DNA of 64,000 nt, from NCBI GenBank assembly GCA_044070495.1, contig JBIPSI010000016.1, forward strand, positions 74,450-138,449, given 5' to 3'. The number at the start of each line of letters is the position of its first letter. Within the stretch, counting starts at the first letter, position 1. Below the pieces are notes generated by a model that had not been told where the DNA came from, did no database searches, and was given only the letters and a program-made list of their open reading frames with translations. The position numbers were made by a program, and so were the translations under genes. The stretch comes from Spirulina sp. (GTDB lineage: Bacteria > Cyanobacteriota > Cyanobacteriia > Phormidesmidales > Phormidesmidaceae). Below are positions 50,453 to 60,716 of the stretch, piece by piece.

Positions 50453-50824
50453 TTAAGCGGCGGGAGGAATGCGGGCGATGCGGCAGGGTTGCAGATCTGG
50501 CGGCAATTTGAAGGCTGGCACCATGCCATCTTGGCTGTCGAGGTAAAGCTCGGCGGCGATAAGCAGATCGGCGGCACAGGTGGCAGGGTCGAGGTCGGCA
50601 AAGAGGAAGCTGGGTTTGCCCATGCCCACGTAGGCGACGGCACAGGGCTTGTCACACACGCACAGGCATCCGGTGGTCTCAATCACCAGATCGTCTTGGC
50701 GGGGCCACTGGTCGTACAGGGTTTGCAGGTGCTTCAGCAGGTGTCCCCCACCCGTTTCGCCGTCGCGCTTTTCTTCATCCACCGAAAAGCCGCAGCTTTT
50801 GCAGACAATCAACTGGTCGGGCAT
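50453..50824 (-). CDS. DUF1636 family thioredoxin-like metal-binding protein
   Basis: VCKSC, CLCVCDKPCAVA, IARIPP. Confidence 0.85.
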   Translation of the reverse strand: MPDQLIVCKSCGFSVDEEKRDGETGGGHLLKHLQTLYDQWPRQDDLVIETTGCLCVCDKPCAVAYVGMGKPSFLFADLDPATCAADLLIAAELYLDSQDGMVPAFKLPPDLQPCRIARIPPAA

Positions 50825-50826
50825 GG

Positions 50827-51837
50827 CTAGGATGGCTCCACCAAGTAGGTAAACAGGTCATCGAGCACAGCATTGGCGGCGATGGGGCCACTGCCAATCC
50901 AATAGCTGGGGACGGTGTACACCCGACCGGCCTGCACCGCCTTGAGCCTCTGCCACAGGGGATCTTGCAGGAGCGTTTGCAGGTTTTGCTGAGCTGTCGC
51001 CATCGCTTCGGGGGTGTTTTCCCCAGTCCACACAAAAATCACATCCCCATCGGCTTGATCCAACCGTTCACGGCTAATGCTGGTTTGAATGGCGTTACCA
51101 AACCGGGTATCGGCCTCGCCAGCCCCCACATCCTGGGCCGGAGGGCGCGCCAAACCCGCATCCTGTAACACCGTGCCGCAGAAGGAATCTTTGAGATAGA
51201 GGTTGATGGTGTCTGGATAAATGCGCACCACCGATATTTGCAAAGTATCGAGGCGATCTCCCATCTGCCCTTTGAAGTCATCCAGACGAGCGTTATAGTC
51301 GGCCATCACCTGCTGGGCAGCGGCGGCGCGTCCGAGGGCTGCCGAAATCTGCTGAAACACGGTTTTCCATTGGCCGCTGTGGTCAAAGCGAAACAGGAGG
51401 GTGGGCGCAATCTGCGTGGCCTGGGCATAGGCCGCCTGATTGGAATCAAGCCCCACAATTAAGTCGGGCTTGAGGGCTAGAACTTTCTCCAGGCTGGGTT
51501 CTCCGGCCACGCCGATGTTTTCCACCTGGGCCATCTGCTCCGTAAGGTGATCCATCAGGCCACCCACAGCCGTGGCAATGGGGGAGAGACCCGTTGCCAT
51601 CGCGGCTTCAAACGTCACTCCGTCAAGCGTCACCAAGCGGTCAAAGCTCAGCGGCACACAGGTCGTCCCCGCCGCATGGTCAACCTCGGTGCAAGCCGAG
51701 GATTGTTCGGGGCTAGGATTGCCACCCTGACAGCCCACCACCAACCCCAGGGCCATCAACCCCAGGATGAGGGGTATCCCCCACTGTTTTAGCCTTCGCA
51801 AATGCAACGTGTTCACCTCCCTAAAATTCAAACCCAA
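50827..51837 (-). CDS. Iron-siderophore ABC substrate-binding lipoprotein
   Basis: Lipobox VVGC, PSLEKVLALKPDLI, PLWQRLKAVQAGRVY; start uncertain. Confidence 0.9.
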   Translation of the reverse strand: MGLNFREVNTLHLRRLKQWGIPLILGLMALGLVVGCQGGNPSPEQSSACTEVDHAAGTTCVPLSFDRLVTLDGVTFEAAMATGLSPIATAVGGLMDHLTEQMAQVENIGVAGEPSLEKVLALKPDLIVGLDSNQAAYAQATQIAPTLLFRFDHSGQWKTVFQQISAALGRAAAAQQVMADYNARLDDFKGQMGDRLDTLQISVVRIYPDTINLYLKDSFCGTVLQDAGLARPPAQDVGAGEADTRFGNAIQTSISRERLDQADGDVIFVWTGENTPEAMATAQQNLQTLLQDPLWQRLKAVQAGRVYTVPSYWIGSGPIAANAVLDDLFTYLVEPS

Positions 51838-54298
51838 TCCTGGCCGATACCGTCAACGGGGCCCCTGGGGTAACGCCCAAAAATTGATCTGATGAAGTAA
51901 AGTACCGCGTGTCAAATAGGTTTTCTAGGTTGATCTGGGCGCGCCAGTTATTACGACGATAAAATAAGGCGGCATCGGTTCTAAAGTAGCTGGGTACGGT
52001 AAAACTGTTGTCAGAATTTCCGGCCCGCTGGCTCACATAATACAGACCTAACCCAGCACCCAATCCCTCCAGACTACCTTCCTGAATTTGGTAAGTATTC
52101 CACAGGCTCAACTGATGATCGGGCACATTGGCAAGGCGATTTCCCACCGGAATCGAATTATCTTGGCTAACAAAGGCATCCAGGGCGGTATAGTTAGCGG
52201 TAATATTCCATCCCGGCAAAATTTCGCCTCCTAGACCCAGTTCAATGCCTCGACTGGTCACTTCTCCAGTTTGCACGGTAAACAGTGGATCATCCGGGTC
52301 GGGGGTTTGTACATTCTGGCGACGAATATCAAACAAAGCCAGGGTAAAACTTAAACTGTCGGTAATATCGGCCTTGGCACCAATCTCGAACTGTCGGCCT
52401 CGTTCGGGATCAAAGGTTGAGTCATCGACATTGCGGCTAGCCGCAAAGGAGGGCTGAAAGGAGGTGCTGTAGGACGCATAGAGCGACAGCGGTTCAATTG
52501 GCTCGTAAACAATGCCCAATCGAGGGGAAAAGGCACTGTCAGTCTGACGAAACTCATTGCGGGGTTCACCAATATCTTGGGTCGTACGAAACTGGTCAGC
52601 GGTGTCGTAGCGTATCCCAGCCAGGGCTTTTAGGTTAGGCAGAATATCCATTTGATCTTGAAGATAAATGCCGAAGGTTCTAACCGTGTCGTCCCTAAAA
52701 AATACAGGTTCTATGGCAAAGGGAAGCCCTGTATAAACCGGATTAAATACATTAATGGGGGCATAGGAATCGAATTGAAATTCGGGCTGCTCCAGAACAT
52801 TGCGATATTCAACCCCGAAAAGAACCTGGTGGGAAACGGCTCCCGTATTAAACTGACCAACCGCTTCCACATTGGTTGAGAAACGCTGATAGTCCCCCCC
52901 TGCGAAGTAGGCTAAACGTCCTAATTCGCCCGTAGCCTCATCAAAGGAGTCGAATAGGGGGGCATAGCGCCGAGGTGAATATTGCTGATACTGTAGAGCA
53001 TGACGCAGAGTGAGGTTGTCGTCAATCGTGTGATTAAGGCGATAGCCCAGATTAAATTGATCCTGGGAAAATTCACTAAATTCTTCGCCCAAAAATCGCG
53101 TGCGGGGCAAATCGAGAATGCCATTTTCGCCCACCACTAACCCTTCATCAATCGTTTCGCGATCACTTGTATACTGGCCATACACATCCAAAGAGGTATT
53201 AGGGCCAATATCCCAGGTGAGAATGGGAGAAATCAGCAGCCGATTACCATCCACAAAATCACGAAAGCTATTGATAGTTTCGTAGGATACATTCAATCGG
53301 TAGCGCAGGCTGCGATCCTGAGTTAACGGCCCTGATATATCAACGGCTCCCTCAAAGCCCCCAAAGCTATCGACATTGGCTGAGACATCATAAAACGGCT
53401 CACTCAGTGGGCGCTTGGGCACCAGGCTGATAATGCCCCCCGGTTCTCCTCGGCCAAACAGCACCGAGGCTGGCCCCCGCAGTACTTCCACCCGTTCCAC
53501 ATCGTTGGTGCTGAGGGCGCTCAAGGAAAAAGCCTCGACCCCATCACGGAAAATGCCGCCCCGATTCTCAAAGCCACGAATCAAAAAGCCAGGGCCAAAG
53601 ACGCTAGTACCTCGACCCCCGTTTGACACAACTGACCCAGCGGTTTCTAGGGCATTGCCCAATTCCGTTGCATCGCGATCTTCAATTACGGCACGGGGAA
53701 TCACCTGAATCGACTGGGGAATTTCCCGCAAGGGCGTGTCGGTGCGGGTGGCGGAGGTGGCATTGGACGGGGCATAGCCCTCATCCCCGGTTCCGGTCAC
53801 TCCAATGCGGATGGTGTCATCATTGCCCGTGGCCAACCCCAGACCGGGGGTAATCCCTAACACCAGTCCAGCAGATCCAGGGCTGGCAGTGGCCGCTGGT
53901 GGCCCATCGTTGCCCGTGATCACAACCCGCACCCGATTTCCCGGCGCATTAGCAGCATTCACCAGGGCAATGCCCTCGGCGGGGCTAAACTGCTCAAAGT
54001 TGCCGCCATCGGGTAGGGCTAGGATCGCATTGGGAATTTCCGCCACCAGGGCATTGCCAACAACCGAGGTGGTGGGTTCCCCTAGCGCTCCGTCGGCCTC
54101 GATCACCAGCCGCAGCCCCTCACCGTCAGGCTCCAGCCGAAGGCCCGTAATGGTGGTGACAGTCTGCGCCAAATCTGCGGCTTGCGCGTCGGGCGGCACG
54201 GCTTCTACCCCAGCCCCCGCCTCGGCTTGCACCGCCATCGGCATTAGCGCTAGCCATCCTGCCAGTAACATCAACCCCTGCCATCTAACGACCATCAC
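51821..54298 (-). CDS. TonB-dependent siderophore receptor with AMIN domain
   Basis: ATRTDTPLREIPQSIQVI, VERVEVLRGPASVLFG, NLENLFD..Y, C-terminal F. Confidence 0.95.
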   Translation of the reverse strand: MMVVRWQGLMLLAGWLALMPMAVQAEAGAGVEAVPPDAQAADLAQTVTTITGLRLEPDGEGLRLVIEADGALGEPTTSVVGNALVAEIPNAILALPDGGNFEQFSPAEGIALVNAANAPGNRVRVVITGNDGPPAATASPGSAGLVLGITPGLGLATGNDDTIRIGVTGTGDEGYAPSNATSATRTDTPLREIPQSIQVIPRAVIEDRDATELGNALETAGSVVSNGGRGTSVFGPGFLIRGFENRGGIFRDGVEAFSLSALSTNDVERVEVLRGPASVLFGRGEPGGIISLVPKRPLSEPFYDVSANVDSFGGFEGAVDISGPLTQDRSLRYRLNVSYETINSFRDFVDGNRLLISPILTWDIGPNTSLDVYGQYTSDRETIDEGLVVGENGILDLPRTRFLGEEFSEFSQDQFNLGYRLNHTIDDNLTLRHALQYQQYSPRRYAPLFDSFDEATGELGRLAYFAGGDYQRFSTNVEAVGQFNTGAVSHQVLFGVEYRNVLEQPEFQFDSYAPINVFNPVYTGLPFAIEPVFFRDDTVRTFGIYLQDQMDILPNLKALAGIRYDTADQFRTTQDIGEPRNEFRQTDSAFSPRLGIVYEPIEPLSLYASYSTSFQPSFAASRNVDDSTFDPERGRQFEIGAKADITDSLSFTLALFDIRRQNVQTPDPDDPLFTVQTGEVTSRGIELGLGGEILPGWNITANYTALDAFVSQDNSIPVGNRLANVPDHQLSLWNTYQIQEGSLEGLGAGLGLYYVSQRAGNSDNSFTVPSYFRTDAALFYRRNNWRAQINLENLFDTRYFTSSDQFLGVTPGAPLTVSARIGFEF

Positions 54299-54351
54299 AC
54301 CACCTACTCACTCCGTTGAGAACGATGATTCTGGCACCAGAACCAGAAACA

Positions 54352-54450
54352 ATCAGGAATACTTCTCAACAAGATACAGGTTACTAAGAATGACTATCAC
54401 TAACGATGATCCTTGGCCGGAGTTTTTGTGATCACTCCCCGGAGTTTTTG
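54352..54450. promoter_or_regulatory. Fur-like box plus CCGGAGTTTTTG direct repeat (putative AraC site)
   Basis: GAATACTTCTCAA near 54357-54369; exact 12-mers at 54417 and 54439 (22-nt period). Confidence 0.6.
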
Positions 54451-55374
54451 CTGCCCCCGCGCATATACCCCCGGATTCACCCCATACTTCCGGCGAAAAG
54501 CAGCGGCAAAATGACCACGGCTAGCAAACCCCACCGCCTCAGCCGCTTCAGTCACGCTGAGGTCGCCGGATTCGAGGAGGTGACGGGATCGCTCCATGCG
54601 GTGCTCATGGAGATAGCCAAACACCGTCGTGCCAAACACCTGACGAAACCCCACCTTCAGCTTGTGGTCATTGATGCCCGTAGCCCTGGCCAGTTCCATC
54701 AGCGAAGGGGGATGGGTCATTTGGCGGCGCAGGAGTTTGCCCGCGTAGTGGATGCGCTCCACATCATCGGGCTTGAGGACGGGCGCACTGGCTTGATCAG
54801 GCGTTGTTTTCAGGTCTTCTATCAACAGCGCCATCAGTTCCCACACTTTGCTTTCCAGATAAAGCCGCTGGGTTAACCCTTGAAACGGGCAGCACAAAAT
54901 CGCCTGCACCGCCATTTGCATCGCGGCGGTGGGTGTCCCAGAACGCTCTAGATAAGGCTGATCATCAGGGCGCAGCAGGTCTGGAATATCCTGGCTGGCA
55001 TCTCCAACCCACTGCTGGAAGAGCTGAGGATCGATATGAACATTGATGCCCACGGTGTGGCGCTGACCAGGAACGTACCACAGCCCCGCCGGAGCTAACC
55101 CACTGCCAAACACATGGTAGTGCTGATCATCCTTGCCGCCGCCCTGCACCTGCTCAAAGGTAAATTCCAGCGGATGGGGGCGATTGCCCTGGTGAATCTC
55201 TAAATCGTCGTGGAACCAGCGGTCTTCAAGACAAAGTTCGATGCCCTCGCGCAGGGCGACATGATGCAGGTGCCCACGCCCTAGGCTAGATGGATAGGTT
55301 GTCACACCGCCCTCTGTGGTGATCGACTCGTCGAGCCAGGTTGCGTAGTCGGCTTGGGAGAGGGAGATCGGCAT
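54400..55374 (-). CDS. AraC family (PchR-like) regulator
   Basis: PPSLMELARATG...KLKVGFRQVFGTTVFGYL...FAAAFRRKYG. Confidence 0.93.
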   Translation of the reverse strand: MPISLSQADYATWLDESITTEGGVTTYPSSLGRGHLHHVALREGIELCLEDRWFHDDLEIHQGNRPHPLEFTFEQVQGGGKDDQHYHVFGSGLAPAGLWYVPGQRHTVGINVHIDPQLFQQWVGDASQDIPDLLRPDDQPYLERSGTPTAAMQMAVQAILCCPFQGLTQRLYLESKVWELMALLIEDLKTTPDQASAPVLKPDDVERIHYAGKLLRRQMTHPPSLMELARATGINDHKLKVGFRQVFGTTVFGYLHEHRMERSRHLLESGDLSVTEAAEAVGFASRGHFAAAFRRKYGVNPGVYARGQQKLRGVITKTPAKDHR

Positions 55375-55505
55375 GGCGACGGTTAAAACAACGGTCTAGC
55401 AAAAAAGAGGAATGCCTAGGGAACAAAAGCTCCATTGAGACATCCCTCTGGCACACTACACCCAAGACATCAGATGTCATAGAGGATGGAATAATTTTAC
55501 CCTTA

Positions 55506-55524
55506 ATTGGCAATGATTCTCAAT
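55506..55524. promoter_or_regulatory. Fur box
   Basis: ATTGGCAATGATTCTCAAT upstream of the AraC gene. Confidence 0.7.
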
Positions 55525-55603
55525 ACCATGCGAATAGAATTTTGCGATTTACCCCGGATGTGGCCCTCAGCAGCCGTTAAGCCCAGCCGGTCAGGGGCTG
55601 CGC

Positions 55604-56572
55604 CTATGGGGAGGCAATACGGGCCATAATTGCATCGACCAAGGCACCCAGGGATCGCGTGCCTGTCGTTAATCCACCGACTTCGGCATCGCCCAGCGCA
55701 TAGAGTTGTCCAGATTTAACCGCCGTTAGGTTGCCCCATACGGCATCTTGCCTCAGGGTTGCTACTAGGTCAGAGGAAGGGGAGGGCACCAACACAACAA
55801 TCATCTCCGGATCGACCTGCAAAATATGCTCGGGGGAAAACACCGCCCAGTTGATGGCGCTGGGGGTACGATCACCTAGAGACCAGGGATAGTCCACCAA
55901 GGTTGCTAGGGTAGAGCCGACTAAGGATTCGCGGGTGGCGACGTAAAAGGTGCCTTGGGTGCCGTTGGTGACCAGCACGGTGAAGTTAGGCTGAGCTGGG
56001 TGAGCCGCTAGGCGTTTGCGGAAAGCTTGGGCTGCCGTTTCTGCCTCAGTGGCGCGATCAGCAAGTTGACCGACTTGGTGCAGATTGGCAATCGCCTCTT
56101 CAGCAGTGGTTACCTCCAGCAAAAACAGGGGCGCAATGGGGGCCAGGGTTTCCCGTAGACCATCGACTTGGCCCCGGTAGCCGATGATCAGATCGGGCCG
56201 CAGGGACAGCAGCACTTCGAGGTTGGGCTCTGGGCCGCCGACCACTGCAATCTGCGAGGCCGCTTCGCCAAAGTAGATCGGACTTTTGGCCCAGTCGGCC
56301 AGCCGGGGATGCCCTACCGCCAGGGGCAGGAGATCTAGCTCTGCCAGAATGTCGATGCAGCTCAGGTGCAGGCAGACAATGCGCTCGGCGGACTGGGGCA
56401 GGGTTACCGTCGTTCCTGAGGCATCGGATAGGGCAATAGCCGAATCTGGTGCGGTTAACTGCTCTGCGGGGGGTGATTGGCAAGCCGTGAGCCACAGCCC
56501 TGTGGATAGGGCCAGCCAGCGGTGATGGAATCGCTGCCGTGGCAGAGGTTGGGCAGAGGGTTGAGTCGGCAT
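55604..56572 (-). CDS. Iron-siderophore ABC substrate-binding lipoprotein
   Basis: Lipobox LTAC, ERIVCL, PNLEVLLSLRPDLIIG, WGNLTAVKSG. Confidence 0.88.
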   Translation of the reverse strand: MPTQPSAQPLPRQRFHHRWLALSTGLWLTACQSPPAEQLTAPDSAIALSDASGTTVTLPQSAERIVCLHLSCIDILAELDLLPLAVGHPRLADWAKSPIYFGEAASQIAVVGGPEPNLEVLLSLRPDLIIGYRGQVDGLRETLAPIAPLFLLEVTTAEEAIANLHQVGQLADRATEAETAAQAFRKRLAAHPAQPNFTVLVTNGTQGTFYVATRESLVGSTLATLVDYPWSLGDRTPSAINWAVFSPEHILQVDPEMIVVLVPSPSSDLVATLRQDAVWGNLTAVKSGQLYALGDAEVGGLTTGTRSLGALVDAIMARIASP

Positions 56573-56680
56573 AGGTAGGGTTAGCAAAATTGCTAGGGCA
56601 AGGGAGAAACCGGGTTCCTAGGGCGCTGCTCAGCACCCATCTTGTGTATGGGCCTCAGAAACCCGGTTTCTGCAAACGGC

Positions 56681-59296
56681 TTAAAACTGCACCTGATAGC
56701 CAATGCGGAAAGTACGGCCCTCTCCGGCGGCATTAAAGATTTCATTAAAGCCGCTGAGAAACTGAGACTGCACCGGAAAATACTGGCTATTGAACACATT
56801 GTTGATACCGACTTGGAGGGTGCCGGGGCCAAGATCAGCCTGACTAATCAAATCAACAACAAAATAGTCGCTAATGCCGACGGCATCGACATCCGCATCA
56901 AAGGCGCGACCTCGGCTACCAGAATAGAGCGCCTGAAGTCGGTTACGCCAACCCGGCAAAGGTTCATGTTCGAGGTAGGCCGTAAGCTTCAGGGGTTGAA
57001 TGCGGAAGGTGGAAATGGGCAGATAGTCGCCTGTATCATCAGCGTCGTTCTCCCCCTCCGTCCAGCCTAGGGTACCCCCCAGCCGCCAGGTATCCGCTAG
57101 CTGCCAGTCCACCGTGGCCTCTACGCCATAAATACGCTCTGGGGCACGCACCAGTTGGGAAACGCCACCAACAAAGGTATAGTCTTCGCCCAGGGCGGAG
57201 GTGTTGTAGAAGACGGCTAGGGAGGTCTGCACCCCCGACCAGTTGCCCCGCAGACCAATTTCGTAGTTGTTCACCGTCACCGGATCGGTGAGGCGCAGAC
57301 CTTCACCCACATTGACAAACCCAGCCGGTGGACTACGTAGCACGCCACCAAACGTGGGCACCGAAAATCCCTGGGCAAAACTAGCAAAGGCGGTGAGTTC
57401 TGGCGTGAGATCGTAGCTGGTGCCCAGGTTAAATACCGTAGCGTCAAAGTTTTGGTTGCCGCCGGTAATGGCATCACCAAAGAAGGTGGTGTAGTCGTCA
57501 ACCTGTAAACCAATCCGCTCGTGGCGCAGGCCACCGCTCAATCGCCAGCGATCACTGACATCCCACTGCATCTGGGCAAACAGGCCCAATTGATCCAAGC
57601 CGTAGGGGGGAACAAAGGTGCGTTCTCCCACCTTTTGCAACGTATTGCGGGTGTCAAAGGCTACCGGGTCAAAAATCTCAAAGGGGGCAACGTTATTTTC
57701 GTCTACATAGTCCACCCCCCACAGCAGGCGGGCGGCTCCAGCATCCCAAAGGGGTGTTTCCACCTGCACCTGGGCACCCCACCGGTCGCCCGAGGCCCGC
57801 TGGCGACCAATGACATCAAAAAAGCCGCCCCGAAAATCGCTAAAGCCGACGATGGAGGTGTAATCGCGGTAATACAGGTTGCCCTGGAGGCGGCTCCCAA
57901 AAAGGTTGTCGTGGCTGTAGGTCAGTCCGGCGGTCAAGCTACGATCACCCGCCAAGTCAGTACCTTCGGTTGCGAGGTTAACGGCCAGGGGACGAGCTTT
58001 TTGAATTCCTGGCTCCTGACGCACCGCTGGGTCAGACAAAAATGCCGTATTTTGCCGACCATCGTAAAAGCTCAGGGTAAACCGCAGTTGCTGATCTGGG
58101 GTCAAGCGATAGCCCATAGAGCCCAAAAAGGCATAGGAGGTAGCATCGATCACCCCGCCACCGCTGGTTTCGGGAATGCGATCACCTTCGGCATCAAAGG
58201 CCGCTCCGGTCTGCTGTCGTCGCAGGGAAAACACGTAGTCTACCTCGCCGTCGTCACCCGATACCCCCAGTTGTAAACCATGGCCAAAACTCTCATTCAG
58301 GTTGCGAAATGTGCCGTCAATTTCGGGAGCAACCGTGACCTGCATGGGGGTATCCGCTGGGGCGCGGCTGGTGATGCTGATCACCCCTCCCGTCGCCTGA
58401 CTGCCATAGATCGCCGTAGGGCCGCGCACCACTTCCACCCGCTCTACGGTGCTGGGGTCGAGGGCTCGTAGCTCGCGATCTAGCCCATAGTTTCCGGTCA
58501 GGGGAATGCCATTAAACAAAATGGTGGTGCTGCGCCCCCGCAGATTTTGAATAATCGACCGGGGAGTGGACACACTCGTCGGTGGGCCAAACCCCGGTAC
58601 CAGGTTGCCCAAAATATCGCGAAAGTCAGAGCTAAGTGCGGATTGTTGCTCAATGTCTTCGCGGGTGATCACCGTGACTGATCGCGGCAGACTCTGAAGA
58701 TTTTCTTCGGTTCGCGTTGCGCTGACGACGATCTGTAGTCCCGGGTCGGTGCTTGTTGCCGTGGAGCCAGCGACACCGGGCTGTAGGGTTAGGGCTAGCC
58801 CCGTTGCCGTGGCGCGGGTTGCCACCGTGGGGGGTGCGTCGGTGCCTGTAATCGCCACCTGCACCCGGTTGTTGGGCAGAGCAGTGACGCTGACTAGGGC
58901 AATGCCCTCAGCGGGGCCAAACTGCTCAAAGGCTTCCCCACTAGGCAGTTGCAGCACCGCATTGGGAACGTCTACCAGCAGCGCATTCCCGGTGACGGTA
59001 GTGGTCGGCGCAGCTAACTCCCCCGCTGCCGTTTCTAGCACTACCTCAAGCCCAGCCTCCGTAGACTCAATCCGCACTCCCGTAATTTGAACTGGGGTTT
59101 CTCCTTGCTGGGCCATCTCCCAGCCTGCCGCTGGCATAGCCTGCCCGATAGACAGTGGCGCTAGACCGCTGGGAGTTCTATCCGCCGCCATTGCACCACT
59201 GGCCCAAAACGGCAGTGTGATTACACCCCCCGCCACCCACCTCACCAGTGCCCGGTGTCCCTGTTGCTGTCCCTGTCGTTGTCCCTGTTGTGACAT
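56681..59296 (-). CDS. TonB-dependent receptor (IutA/SchT-like) with AMIN domain
   Basis: VVSATRTEE...RSVTVITRE, ERVEVVRGPTAIYG, FDAEGDRIP, C-terminal YQVQF. Confidence 0.93.
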   Translation of the reverse strand: MSQQGQRQGQQQGHRALVRWVAGGVITLPFWASGAMAADRTPSGLAPLSIGQAMPAAGWEMAQQGETPVQITGVRIESTEAGLEVVLETAAGELAAPTTTVTGNALLVDVPNAVLQLPSGEAFEQFGPAEGIALVSVTALPNNRVQVAITGTDAPPTVATRATATGLALTLQPGVAGSTATSTDPGLQIVVSATRTEENLQSLPRSVTVITREDIEQQSALSSDFRDILGNLVPGFGPPTSVSTPRSIIQNLRGRSTTILFNGIPLTGNYGLDRELRALDPSTVERVEVVRGPTAIYGSQATGGVISITSRAPADTPMQVTVAPEIDGTFRNLNESFGHGLQLGVSGDDGEVDYVFSLRRQQTGAAFDAEGDRIPETSGGGVIDATSYAFLGSMGYRLTPDQQLRFTLSFYDGRQNTAFLSDPAVRQEPGIQKARPLAVNLATEGTDLAGDRSLTAGLTYSHDNLFGSRLQGNLYYRDYTSIVGFSDFRGGFFDVIGRQRASGDRWGAQVQVETPLWDAGAARLLWGVDYVDENNVAPFEIFDPVAFDTRNTLQKVGERTFVPPYGLDQLGLFAQMQWDVSDRWRLSGGLRHERIGLQVDDYTTFFGDAITGGNQNFDATVFNLGTSYDLTPELTAFASFAQGFSVPTFGGVLRSPPAGFVNVGEGLRLTDPVTVNNYEIGLRGNWSGVQTSLAVFYNTSALGEDYTFVGGVSQLVRAPERIYGVEATVDWQLADTWRLGGTLGWTEGENDADDTGDYLPISTFRIQPLKLTAYLEHEPLPGWRNRLQALYSGSRGRAFDADVDAVGISDYFVVDLISQADLGPGTLQVGINNVFNSQYFPVQSQFLSGFNEIFNAAGEGRTFRIGYQVQF

Positions 59297-59431
59297 GATC
59301 GATCTCTCCTCATACTGAAGCCTACAAATGATGGGTTAATCATTTGCTGGGAACTGTTCTCAAGAAGATATCGACAAAGGGGACGGTAGGATCGCCCCCG
59401 AACGGATCGTTTTGAGCCTTAGAGGGATTTT

Positions 59432-60406
59432 TCAGCCTCTGCTATAGGCTTTTGGATTGATGCCAAATTGCTTGCGAAAGGCGGCGGCGAAGCGGCTCTG
59501 GTTGGCATAGCCCACGGCCTGGGCAACTTCTTTCACATTGAGTCGGCGGCTGTGGAGCAGGTGGCGAGCCGTTTCCATGCGGTGCTGGTGCAGGTAGCCA
59601 AACACCGTGGTGCCAAATATCTGTTTGAAGCCCACCTTGAGCTTGTAGTCGTTGAGGTGAACCTGGCGGGCCAGCTCCAGCAGGGTAGGGGGATTATCCA
59701 GATGGCGGATGAGGATTTTTTGGGCGGCGTAGATGCGATCACAATCATCGGCGCTAAGGGGGCTGGACGATTGAAGCTGGGGTGCTTCTATATGCAACTG
59801 CTCTAGCTTTAGGGCAATCAGCTCCAGGCATTTACCCTCCAAAAAAATGCGCCGAGTTTGGCCATGAAAGGGACAGCGCCAGATTTGCTCCAGCACGAAC
59901 CGCATAGCTGGGGTAATCACATTGATATCGCTCAGCCAGGGGGTACCCCCATCCGCTGGTTGGCTAAACGAGGACAGATTGGCGATGCCCTGGGCCAACA
60001 GTTGCCCGATCTCGTGGTCAGGATCAAGGTGTAAATCAACCTTGACCACTGGGTCATTGGCATACAACATCTGCCGGAGGGGTTGCTCAACGGGGCGCTG
60101 ACCCCATTCTAAAAAGTTTTCCCCCGTGCGCTTGCCACAGCGATTGCCAGACAAGTTAAAGCCTACCTCATAGCTGGCGACCCTATCTGTCGCTGCCGCA
60201 AGTAAGCAGATATCCTCATGGAGGTGATAGTCAAACAGAGACAGATAAATGCCCCGAAGCTGAACTTGCTGCACATAGCCCTGCCCCAGACGAGGCGGCA
60301 CAATCTCACGCATTTCACCTAAATTTTCGTGATCGCTCTCTTCCAGGGGGGGATTGGCCGCTTGCCAGAGTTCGTCGTAGTCGGTAATGGAGAGGGTAAT
60401 AGCCAT
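59432..60406 (-). CDS. AraC family (PchR-like) regulator
   Basis: PPTLLELARQV.LNDYKLKVGFKQIFGTTVFGYL. Confidence 0.93.
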   Translation of the reverse strand: MAITLSITDYDELWQAANPPLEESDHENLGEMREIVPPRLGQGYVQQVQLRGIYLSLFDYHLHEDICLLAAATDRVASYEVGFNLSGNRCGKRTGENFLEWGQRPVEQPLRQMLYANDPVVKVDLHLDPDHEIGQLLAQGIANLSSFSQPADGGTPWLSDINVITPAMRFVLEQIWRCPFHGQTRRIFLEGKCLELIALKLEQLHIEAPQLQSSSPLSADDCDRIYAAQKILIRHLDNPPTLLELARQVHLNDYKLKVGFKQIFGTTVFGYLHQHRMETARHLLHSRRLNVKEVAQAVGYANQSRFAAAFRKQFGINPKAYSRG

Positions 60407-60446
60407 GGCGAAGATGCAAGAGGGGAGGGGCTCTTACAGCAGTTTT

Positions 60447-60465
60447 AATGAGAGTAGCTCTCAAC
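60447..60465. promoter_or_regulatory. Fur box
   Basis: AATGAGAGTAGCTCTCAAC palindrome upstream of the AraC gene. Confidence 0.65.
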
Positions 60466-60716
60466 TGTATCAGAATCTGAGCTGGTTTCTAAAGCAGCCT
60501 TTGACCAAGTGGTTTATCAGGATTAGCCTTGGGGATCAGGTAGGTTGAATAACGCTAAGGCACAGCGATAGAGGTGAATGAACGTTAAAGCACTATTATG
60601 ACCAGCGCCCTGGAAATGGGGTGCGATCGCCTCTATAGCGAAGACATTCAAGATGGCCAAACCATAGACAATACGCTTATTCTGATTAATCCATTTAAAG
60701 GTATGAGGTATTCAGA

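Noticed and set aside
56604..56672. AGAAACCGGGTTCCT / AGAAACCCGGTTTCT pair after the receptor gene
   Set aside because: Appears to be an ordinary short dispersed palindromic repeat or RNA-stabilising hairpin
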